The position numbers and the translations under genes were made by a program. Source: an uncultured Candidatus Peribacteria bacterium (GTDB lineage: Bacteria; Patescibacteriota; Gracilibacteria; Peribacterales; Peribacteraceae). Taken from it: DNA of 64,000 nt. The DNA lies in the NCBI GenBank assembly GCA_964641555.1, contig CAZXKA010000002.1:10033-74032 (forward strand), in the 5' to 3' direction. The notes beneath the pieces were generated by a model. It was not told where the DNA came from, ran no database searches, and saw nothing but the letters and a program-made list of their open reading frames with translations. Shown here one piece after another: positions 33,445 through 40,601 of the stretch (position 1 is its first letter; each line of letters begins with the position of its first letter).

Positions 33445-34454
33445 AGGCTGACGGGGGAGCGGGCGACGAGCGATCGGTCGGCTGCCTCGAGAATGCGCAG
33501 CATCATGAGGCCTTCCGTTGCGCCGGCGATCGGCATGTCCTTGCCGTTCACGCAGGCCAGCACGTGCAGCAGTTCGGTTTTGAGCGTTTCGGTGTTGTCG
33601 AGTTTGGGGATGAGCACGTCGCCCGAGCGGTAGATGGGGAAGAGCGGGTCCGCGGGTTGCGCTTCGCCGATCCGTTTCTGGACGCCCGTGTCGTAAATTT
33701 TCAGCTTTTCCGAGGGGTGGATGTCGTCGAACAGGACCATCTTCTTCGTGCCGCCGATGATCGTCTGGCGGATCTTCACCGGCGAGAGCCAACTCACGTG
33801 CACGTGCGCGTCGAAGCCGTCCTTCCAGGAGAGGTGCAAATGCCCGATCTCGCGGTGTTCGCCGTGGTGGCTGCTGCCGTGTGCGAACACCGTGTCGATG
33901 CCGTTGAGATCTTTCAGCTGCCCAAGCATCGCCAAATCGTGGATGGCCAGATCCCAGAGGACGTTTACGTCCGGCTGGATGAGCCCCAGGTTGATGCGCG
34001 TGGAATCGAAGTAGTAGAGCTCGCCGAGCTCGCCGCTCTCCACGAGTTCTTTTAGTTTCCGCACGGCGCCGGCGAACGCGAACGTATGGTCAACGAAGAG
34101 GAGTTTGTTCTGCTTCTTCGCGAGAGCGATGAGCTCTTCGGCTTCGGCGGAAGACGACGCCATCGGCTTTTCGACGAACACGTGCTTGCCGGCGTCGAGC
34201 GCGCGCTTGGCGAGAGGGAAGTGGGTCTTGGTCGGCGTCGCGATGGCGATGAGATCGACCGCGTCGTCGGCGAACACGTCGTCCATCGACGTCGTCGTGC
34301 GGATCGTCGGATAGTTCGACCGGACCTTGGCGAGATTCGATTCCTTCAGATCGCACGCCCAGCGCACGTCCCACTCGTCGATCGACGCGAAGTTGCGGAG
34401 CAAATTCGGTCCCCAGTATCCCAGGCCGATGATGGCGACGGATCGCCGGTTCAC
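33441..34454 (-). CDS. Gfo/Idh/MocA family sugar-nucleotide oxidoreductase (WbpB-like)
   Basis: GTG start 34454 in a GTGA overlap with the upstream stop. VAIIGLGYWGPNLL and VFVEKPMASS. Confidence 0.85.
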   Translation of the reverse strand: MNRRSVAIIGLGYWGPNLLRNFASIDEWDVRWACDLKESNLAKVRSNYPTIRTTTSMDDVFADDAVDLIAIATPTKTHFPLAKRALDAGKHVFVEKPMASSSAEAEELIALAKKQNKLLFVDHTFAFAGAVRKLKELVESGELGELYYFDSTRINLGLIQPDVNVLWDLAIHDLAMLGQLKDLNGIDTVFAHGSSHHGEHREIGHLHLSWKDGFDAHVHVSWLSPVKIRQTIIGGTKKMVLFDDIHPSEKLKIYDTGVQKRIGEAQPADPLFPIYRSGDVLIPKLDNTETLKTELLHVLACVNGKDMPIAGATEGLMMLRILEAADRSLVARSPVSL

Positions 34455-34780
34455 CGACGTATTGTAGCCAATTTCTTCTCGTGACGAGCGACGATCTGCA
34501 TCGTCGCAATCAGGTCTTCTTCCAGAGCCTCGTCGCGCTGACGGCATTCCTCGAAACCCTGTTTCATCGCCACGAAACCGTCATCTACTTTCTTTTCCAG
34601 TCCAACGACTTTGTTCTCCAAACCGTCGATACGATCCTTCAGACCCTTGATGTCCTGCTTCAGCTCGGACTTCATGCCCTGCATGTGTCCAAGAAGCAGC
34701 TGCGACTGCTCATCGATGCGCCTGTCTGTTGCATCCAAGCGTTCCAGAACCATGCCGATGGTAGCCCGTCGTTTTGCCAT
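34451..34780 (-). CDS. Small coiled-coil protein, unknown function; first gene of the operon
   Basis: MAKRRATIGMVLERLDATDRRIDEQSQLL..LKDRIDGLENKVVGLEKKVDD has heptad character. Visibly lower GC than its neighbours. A leaderless promoter lies directly upstream. Confidence 0.65.
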   Translation of the reverse strand: MAKRRATIGMVLERLDATDRRIDEQSQLLLGHMQGMKSELKQDIKGLKDRIDGLENKVVGLEKKVDDGFVAMKQGFEECRQRDEALEEDLIATMQIVARHEKKLATIRR

Positions 34781-34788
34781 GGACACCG

Positions 34789-34817
34789 ATGCTACGACGC
34801 GACGGCGGACGGCACAA
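34789..34817 (-). promoter_or_regulatory. Promoter of the coiled-coil/WbpB-E-D-like operon
   Basis: On the minus strand: TTGTGC (34817-34812), 17 nt spacer, TAGCAT (34794-34789), then 8 nt to ATG 34780. Confidence 0.55.
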
Positions 34818-34879
34818 CCGATCGGGCTAGACGTTATCGGTCACAGCGAGCAATGCCTTGCTGGTAAGCCACATATCGC

Positions 34880-34900
34880 GTTCTGCATGGTGGCAGAACG
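34880..34900 (-). terminator. Short hairpin 3 nt after the methyltransferase stop
   Basis: GTTCTGC 34880-34886 pairs with GCAGAAC 34894-34900. There is no U-tract. Confidence 0.3.
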
Positions 34901-34903
34901 TCT

Positions 34904-35758
34904 TCACTTTTCACCCGTGATGATCGCCGTCATGCCCCACGCTCGACACACCCACTCCTTCGCGGCTTTCGGCAGCAGTTTGCCGAGCGGCAGCCAGGGG
35001 TGGGGCAGCTGGTTCGGGACGCCGTGGTTGTCGTGGATGAAGACGCCGACCTTTTGGAAGTCTTTAAAGAGGTTGCGAAACTGCTTCCGGGAGTAGAACT
35101 TGGCGAGCATGTTGCCGCCGACGTGCGCGCCGTCGGTGTAGCGGTTCATGAGTGATTGGTTGTCGTACTTCAAGTACTGCCCGCGCAGAATGCCGCGGCC
35201 GAATTGGATCGCGTAGCGCATGTGGACGGAGTTCAGGTGGTACATCATCGCCAGGAACTTCCCGCCGGGCTTGAGCACGCGCCGGATCTCGGCGATCGCT
35301 TGCTCGGTCTCCGGCATGTGCATGAGGCAGCCCCATGCGCACACGTAATCGAACGTGTTGTCTTCGAAGGGCATTTTCTGCGCGTCGGCTTGGATCACGT
35401 TCGCGTGCAAGTGATAGAGCTCGAGACGTTTCTTCGTGAGCTCGACGGCTTTCGCGGTCAGGTCGATCGCCGTGACGTCGGCGCCCATGCGGACGAACTG
35501 CTCGGTGAGGACGCCCGTGCCGCAGGCGATGTCGAGCACCTTCTTGCCCTTCAGCCCTTTCATGTCGACGTACCGCGTGAGGAAGGGGTAGCCGCCGTTC
35601 TGCATGAACGGGATCCACTTCAGGAATTTGCGGTCGATGTTCCGATAGAACTCCCACGATCCTTCCTCCGCGTCCACGAAGTAGTTGAAGGGGTTTTTGT
35701 GCCACCAGTCTTGGACCTTGGCGTTCAGGGCCGAATCATTGCGAAATTCCGTGCGCAT
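34904..35758 (-). CDS. Class I SAM-dependent methyltransferase
   Basis: Motif I VLDIACGTGVL and LKPGGKFLAM. TACACT (35770-35765) lies 6 nt upstream of the ATG. Confidence 0.85.
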   Translation of the reverse strand: MRTEFRNDSALNAKVQDWWHKNPFNYFVDAEEGSWEFYRNIDRKFLKWIPFMQNGGYPFLTRYVDMKGLKGKKVLDIACGTGVLTEQFVRMGADVTAIDLTAKAVELTKKRLELYHLHANVIQADAQKMPFEDNTFDYVCAWGCLMHMPETEQAIAEIRRVLKPGGKFLAMMYHLNSVHMRYAIQFGRGILRGQYLKYDNQSLMNRYTDGAHVGGNMLAKFYSRKQFRNLFKDFQKVGVFIHDNHGVPNQLPHPWLPLGKLLPKAAKEWVCRAWGMTAIITGEK

Positions 35759-35773
35759 GCGGGGAGTGTACCC

Positions 35774-35867
35774 GAGAAGCAGAAAACAGAAACAGAAAGC
35801 AGAGTCCTCGGCCTTTCGGTATTCTGGGACATGTTTTCTGCTTCTCCTTTCTGTTTCTGCTTCTTCC
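35774..35867. repeat. Largest AGAAGCAGA/TCTGCTTCT-family inverted repeat (copy 4), in a divergent intergenic region
   Basis: The purine arm is GAGAAGCAGAAAACAGAAACAGAAAGCAGAG (35774-35804). The pyrimidine arm is TTTTCTGCTTCTCCTTTCTGTTTCTGCTTCTTCC (35834-35867). A perfect 13 bp stem forms between CAGAAACAGAAAG 35787-35799 and CTTTCTGTTTCTG 35847-35859. Confidence 0.8.
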
Positions 35868-35868
35868 T

Positions 35869-37476
35869 TTGCGTTCTCGTTTCACTCTCATCGTTGCATG
35901 CATCTCGGTATGGTTGGGGTTCCTCACGATCCTGCCGTACGTCGTGCATGTCGTGCATCCTGCCATGAGCGGCCTTACGGTGAGCCGCGACAAGGACTAC
36001 GCGAACTACTACAGCCGGCTGCAGCGCGCACTCGACGGCTATCCGGAAGAATCCGCGAACGCGATTACGGGCGTGGGATCGGGCATCAAGGGAATGCAGA
36101 CCGCCGGCGTCGAACAGGTGGTTGGAACGCTCTTCGGCTGGACGGGCATCGCGGCCGCCCCCCTCTCCGTCATTCTCACGGCGATTTTTACCGCTGCGTT
36201 GTTCGCATTGTTCTTCTGGCTCTTTCGAGAGATCGGGTTTGATCGGCGCTGGAGTCTCGGAATGGCGGTCGTGCTGTTTTTCGTGATGGGCCACGTCCTT
36301 TCCCGCATGCCGCATCCCGGCTGGTCGTTCCTTCCGGCGATCGTGGCGCTCATCGCGTTCATCCGGTTCTGGCGCCGACCGAGCTTCAACGGCGTGCTGA
36401 TCGCCGGGCTTCTCCTCGGTGTTCTGCCGTTTCTCTACTTCTGGCATTGGACGTTCGTCTGGGCCGCGATTGGATGCGTTGTTCTGTTCTCGCTCGGTTC
36501 AACGCCGAACGACCGGCTGCTCCTGCGCCATCCGTGGTATGCACTACTGCTTGCCGTAATCACGCTGCTCGTTGCATCGCCGTTCATCCTGCAAACCGCC
36601 GCGCTCATGGCCGATCCGCTCTACCCGGAGGTCGCGGTCCGCGCGAGCTTCCTCTACGAACGCACGCCGGAATCCTGGCCGCGGACGATTCTCTTGCTTA
36701 TTCAGTTCATCACATTGGCATCGCTTTGGAAACAACAGCGAGCCGATCGGTCGTACGTTATCGCACTCGGTCTTCTTGGCGGCATCGTCCTCGCGATGCA
36801 CCAGAACGTGCTCCACGCGAAGATTCTCATGTTCGCGTCGCACTTCTACCCGCAGTTGCTCCTGGCGACGATCGTCGCGGGTGCGTGGGTGCTGACGCGG
36901 CGGACGGATCTCGTTCGTCGCGCGGTCATCGCCGGCATCGCGGCCGTCTTCTTGTTGGCCGGTGCGTGGGATTACGCGTTCATGCACGCGTTTTTCGTGC
37001 CGTCCGAGAAGGATTTCAAAGAACAACATCTATTGCAACCGATCGCGCTTCTTCGGGAAATGCCGCCAGCGACGATTCTCACCGACGCGACGACCGGGCG
37101 CACGCTCACCGCATGGACGCACCACGGCATCGTCTACACAACACACGCGCGGTTCCTCTTTATTTCGGATGCCGAACTGGCGGAACGGTTCTGCGTGACG
37201 GAACTCTTCACGCCCGTACCGGATCCCTTCCGCGCGCTCTATATCGAGTACAACCACGTCCTCGATTCGCAAGAGATGCGCCTGCGCGAGCGGTCGCTCG
37301 TGACCGAGGCGTGCGAACGAGTGAAGCAGAATCCGATGGAGTATTTGCAAAAGTACAGCGTCTCGCACGTGCTCTGGAACAGCATCGAGCGTCCCGATTG
37401 GGTCGTGCCGGAGGATGGCTTGCCGCTCGTAACGATCGCTTCCGGCACCGGCTGGACGCTGTGGATGGTAGAGTGA
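35869..37476 (+). CDS. Polytopic membrane protein, family A paralog 1 (GT-C or polymerase-like candidate)
   Basis: 535 aa, TTG start. Many TM helices and a C-terminal soluble domain ending HVLWNSIERPDWVVP..GWTLWMVE. It is a clear paralog of the next gene. Confidence 0.7.
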   Translation: MRSRFTLIVACISVWLGFLTILPYVVHVVHPAMSGLTVSRDKDYANYYSRLQRALDGYPEESANAITGVGSGIKGMQTAGVEQVVGTLFGWTGIAAAPLSVILTAIFTAALFALFFWLFREIGFDRRWSLGMAVVLFFVMGHVLSRMPHPGWSFLPAIVALIAFIRFWRRPSFNGVLIAGLLLGVLPFLYFWHWTFVWAAIGCVVLFSLGSTPNDRLLLRHPWYALLLAVITLLVASPFILQTAALMADPLYPEVAVRASFLYERTPESWPRTILLLIQFITLASLWKQQRADRSYVIALGLLGGIVLAMHQNVLHAKILMFASHFYPQLLLATIVAGAWVLTRRTDLVRRAVIAGIAAVFLLAGAWDYAFMHAFFVPSEKDFKEQHLLQPIALLREMPPATILTDATTGRTLTAWTHHGIVYTTHARFLFISDAELAERFCVTELFTPVPDPFRALYIEYNHVLDSQEMRLRERSLVTEACERVKQNPMEYLQKYSVSHVLWNSIERPDWVVPEDGLPLVTIASGTGWTLWMVE

Positions 37477-37480
37477 GGGT

Positions 37481-39103
37481 GTGGAACGCCGCTTCGTCGC
37501 CGTCGCATTGCCGCTTCTGACGCTCGTATGGTTCGTGGTGCTCGTCGGCCCCTACGTCTCGTATCGGCTCGATCCGGCATTCATGGGCCAGACGCCGATT
37601 CGATTGCTGGATGACGGTTCGTATTTCAGTCGCATTCAGACATCTCTGTTAGGACGGTTCGGTCCCTATGAAAATGGAATTACGAGTCCCGAATTCCAGA
37701 TTCGTGCCGCCGGACCGGGATTACTGGAAAAGACGGAGGGCATGCTCCTGCGATGGACGGGCTGGACCGGCGTCGACGTCGGCGTCGCGTTCATGGCGGT
37801 CGCGGGCGCGCTCATGCTGCCGCTCCTGTACGCGTTTCTGCGCGGCATGCACATTCGTCCGGGAATCGCGCTCGTCGCGTCGGCGCTCTTCTGCGTATCC
37901 ATGGCCGGAGTGCTGACGCGGCCGCATCTTTCCGTGCTGTTGCCGATCGCCGTGCTGACGCTGCTCGTCGTCCAACGCATTGCACATCGGCCCTCATGGA
38001 TCCTCGTGCTTCCTGCGGCCGCGCTCCTTGCGGTGCAACCCGCATTCTACTTTTGGACGTGGATGACGACGTGGGCCGCCTGCGCGGCGCTCTTCATAGT
38101 ACGATGGTGGACGCCGGAAGGATCTATGCGCGATCGAGCGCTGCGGATGTTGGCCGTGACGGGCGGGCTCGCATTGCTCTTCGCATTGCCGTCGCTCATC
38201 TCGACGTGGGTTCTGCAAACGGCCGACCCGACGTTCGCCGAAATGTCGCTGTACCGCAGCGGGCTCTACCCATCGCATGCGATCGCTTCGCCGATCCGAT
38301 CGATTCTCCAACTTCTCCTGGTCGCCGGCGGCGTTATGCTCTTTGTACGCTTCACGGAATGGCGCGCGATCCTCGCGGCTCCGCTTTCGCTCTCCGTCGG
38401 TGTGTTTCTCGTGGTGCATCAGCACGTGCTCCACGGCAACGATTTTCTGTCCTCCAGCCACTACGTTCCGATGGCGACGCTTGCGGCCGTCGCGCTGGGT
38501 GCATGGACGCTCGACCAGCTTCGTGCGGGAACGCGTGATCGACGATTCATAGTTCCGGCGATCATCGCGCTGTTATCGGCTGCGGTGCTCGTTGCGGCGG
38601 CCGCGTGGGATTACAAACTTGGTTGGACGTTCCTCTGGCGCGACGATATCTCCCTCGCGACGCGGCATCTCGCTCCCGCCATGGAATATCTGCGCGACGG
38701 TGACCGTCGCACGATCCTCACCGACGCCCGCACCGCTGTGGAAGTGACGTCGCGCACGGACGACGACGTCGTCTTCACGCCGTACGTCCAGCACCTGCTC
38801 GTGTCGAACGCCGAATTCGCGCGTCGCGGCTGCATGGCCGATCTCTTCCAGCCGAGAGGTCCCGATGTCGCGGCGCTCGCGTGGCACACGCTGCAGTTCC
38901 GCGGCGCATTCATGCTCGAAGAACGCACGGCGGAGTTCCGTAAGATCTGCGGCCGTCTTCTGGAAAATCCTCAGGGAGCGCTCGGCCTCTATGGCGTCGA
39001 TCTCGTGCTGTGGAACGAACGGGAGCGTCCGGATTGGGCGATGCCGTCGTATCTGGTGCAGGTAGAGGAAGGGGAGGGGTGGAGCCTGTGGCGTGTTGAT
39101 TGA
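37481..39103 (+). CDS. Polytopic membrane protein, family A paralog 2
   Basis: 540 aa, GTG start 5 nt after the previous stop. It aligns with paralog 1 (YFSRIQTSL vs YYSRLQRAL; FYFWTWMTTWAA vs FYFWHWTFVWAA; ILTDARTA vs ILTDATTG; LVLWNERERPDWAMP..GWSLWRVD). Confidence 0.7.
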   Translation: MERRFVAVALPLLTLVWFVVLVGPYVSYRLDPAFMGQTPIRLLDDGSYFSRIQTSLLGRFGPYENGITSPEFQIRAAGPGLLEKTEGMLLRWTGWTGVDVGVAFMAVAGALMLPLLYAFLRGMHIRPGIALVASALFCVSMAGVLTRPHLSVLLPIAVLTLLVVQRIAHRPSWILVLPAAALLAVQPAFYFWTWMTTWAACAALFIVRWWTPEGSMRDRALRMLAVTGGLALLFALPSLISTWVLQTADPTFAEMSLYRSGLYPSHAIASPIRSILQLLLVAGGVMLFVRFTEWRAILAAPLSLSVGVFLVVHQHVLHGNDFLSSSHYVPMATLAAVALGAWTLDQLRAGTRDRRFIVPAIIALLSAAVLVAAAAWDYKLGWTFLWRDDISLATRHLAPAMEYLRDGDRRTILTDARTAVEVTSRTDDDVVFTPYVQHLLVSNAEFARRGCMADLFQPRGPDVAALAWHTLQFRGAFMLEERTAEFRKICGRLLENPQGALGLYGVDLVLWNERERPDWAMPSYLVQVEEGEGWSLWRVD

Positions 39104-39106
39104 CAT

Positions 39107-39140
39107 GAAAAATCAGGAGAGACGACGTTCGTCTCTCCTG
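39107..39140 (-). terminator. Intrinsic terminator of the orphan RNA gene
   Basis: On the minus strand: CAGGAGAGACGA-acg-TCGTCTCTCCTG (12 bp stem, 39140-39114) followed by AUUUUUC (39113-39107). Confidence 0.75.
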
Positions 39141-39366
39141 TCCTGGACGGGATCTTGAGCGGGGAGGATGGGACCGAAGTCCGTCGCTCCGTTCGGTATG
39201 CAAGGGCGGTGTTTCACTTGTGACTCAGCGAGGCCCAGAGGCCGGCGTCAACGTCTACCGCCTACTCTACGCAGGCACACCTAGCTTCTGACCGCACATG
39301 TAAGGAGTCGAACCTCCGAAATCCCGAAGGATTCCGCCGCCACCGGGTGCGTTCCCGTTGCCAGGA
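39108..39366 (-). ncRNA. Orphan structured RNA of about 255 nt, class not recognised
   Basis: It has its own promoter and terminator and no plausible ORF. There are two UUCG-tetraloop hairpins (39171-39182 and 39318-39335) and a T-loop-like GGAG-GUUCGA-CUCC (39304-39317). The 5' end CCUGGcaACGGGA (39365-39353) pairs with the 3' end UCCCGUCCAGG (39152-39142). Confidence 0.6.
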
Positions 39367-39371
39367 TCGAT

Positions 39372-39399
39372 ATAGTATACTTAATTTATATATTGTCAA
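39372..39399 (-). promoter_or_regulatory. Near-consensus sigma70-like promoter driving the orphan RNA
   Basis: On the minus strand: TTGACA (39399-39394), 16 nt spacer, TACTAT (39377-39372). It sits in a roughly 40 nt AT-rich block that is conspicuous in this GC-rich DNA. TACTAT is the same -10 hexamer as in the rpmB promoter. Confidence 0.6.
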
Positions 39400-39440
39400 A
39401 TACAGGCGGAAGCCCAGCTCTCTGCTACTCTAAACGTCTC

Positions 39441-40601
39441 ATGCACATCGCGTACTGCACGAACGTCCGGCTTCCCAGTGAGCGCGCCCACGGGCGCCAG
39501 GTTGCCCATGTGTGCCGAGCGTTGTGGCAATTGGGGCACCACGTTGACGTCTTCGCGCCGTACCGTGAGAACGTGATCGAGCAGGATTTCTGGACGTACG
39601 AGCGGTTACCGAAAGACATTACACTGACGTACGTCGGAGATACGGATTACATCAAGACGCGTTGGCCGGGCGCATTGAAACTGTGGCTCATGAACTCAAT
39701 GTTGCGCAAAGAAATGTCAAACATGCTGGAGGAGCGCGAGCCGGATTTGCTCTACACACGCTCGCCGGCGCTACTTCCCGCGTTGTTGAAGACCGGCATT
39801 CCGACCGTGCTTGAGCTGCACCAGCTGCCGCGGTTTGCGCGCCATTTGTTCGTCGAAGAATGCAATGCGTGTGCGCGCGTCGCCTGTCTTACGTCACCGA
39901 TGCGCGATGAGCTCGTGCGATGGGGTGTGAAGAAAGAGAAATTGATCGTGGAGGGCGATGCTGTCGATCTCAGTCGATTCGAGAACCTGCCGTCGCCGGC
40001 CAAAGCCCGTTCGAAGTGGAACGTGAAGACGGATCGGATGGTCATTGGCTACGTCGGCAGACTGACGACGCTGGGAAAAGAGAAAGGAGTCTCGACCGTG
40101 CTCCATGCGTTGGCCATGCTGAAGAGCGAGAAGCGCTTCTTCGGGTTCATCGTCGGTGGGCCGCAAGACGATAAGCAGCGATACCAGAAGCAAGCTGCGA
40201 AATTGGGACTCACCGAAGATGACGTGCTCTTTGTGGGTGAAATCCAAGCCGCGGACGTGCCGGCCGCGCTCTCGGCGTGCGACGTGCTCGCGATGCCGTT
40301 CCCGGATTTGCCGCATTACCGCACGCACATGTCGCCGCTGAAGATGTTCGAGTACATGGCGGCGGACCGGCCGATGATCACGAGCGATTTGCCAACGGTG
40401 CGCGACGTCCTCAGCGAAGAAACGGCGGTATTCTGTGAGCCGGACAGTACATCGAGTTTCGTGCGCGCAGTGCGATGGATTCACGATCATCCGGAAGAAG
40501 CTCGGAAGCGATCGACGGCCGCGGCCGCGCTCGTGAAGCGTCATACGTGGCAAGAACGCATGAAACGCATCCTTGATGGTGTACCATCCCGCCGCGCATG
40601 A
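39441..40601 (+). CDS. GT4 family glycosyltransferase
   Basis: ORF 39393..40601 was trimmed to ATG 39441 (MHIAYCTNVRLPSERAHGRQV). GYVGRLTTLGKEKGV..PLKMFEYMAADRPMITSDLP. Confidence 0.82.
   Translation: MHIAYCTNVRLPSERAHGRQVAHVCRALWQLGHHVDVFAPYRENVIEQDFWTYERLPKDITLTYVGDTDYIKTRWPGALKLWLMNSMLRKEMSNMLEEREPDLLYTRSPALLPALLKTGIPTVLELHQLPRFARHLFVEECNACARVACLTSPMRDELVRWGVKKEKLIVEGDAVDLSRFENLPSPAKARSKWNVKTDRMVIGYVGRLTTLGKEKGVSTVLHALAMLKSEKRFFGFIVGGPQDDKQRYQKQAAKLGLTEDDVLFVGEIQAADVPAALSACDVLAMPFPDLPHYRTHMSPLKMFEYMAADRPMITSDLPTVRDVLSEETAVFCEPDSTSSFVRAVRWIHDHPEEARKRSTAAAALVKRHTWQERMKRILDGVPSRRA

Noticed and set aside
921-35867. The AGAAGCAGA-type repeats as a CRISPR array or as MITE/transposon ends.
   Set aside because: The copies are dispersed singly over 35 kb with no regular repeat-spacer periodicity. 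There are no cas genes, target-site duplications or transposase. The arms are made of short shuffled units rather than one fixed repeat.
39285-39340. A tRNA, a tmRNA, or a circularly permuted tmRNA, suggested by the T-loop-like GGUUCGACUCC on the minus strand.
   Set aside because: No 7 bp acceptor stem, D arm or anticodon arm could be folded around it. The neighbouring hairpin has a 4 nt UUCG loop rather than a 7 nt anticodon loop. There is no tag-like reading frame ending in hydrophobic residues and no 3' T-arm with CCA. It was kept as part of the unclassified RNA instead.
39105-39370. The orphan RNA being RNase P RNA, SRP RNA or 6S RNA.
   Set aside because: I could not find the universally conserved strings. 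For RNase P these are GAGGAAAGUCC and ACAGAAnnCGGCUUA. For SRP domain IV it is GGAAGCAG with a GNRA loop. 6S cannot be excluded by eye, so it is listed as a test rather than a call.
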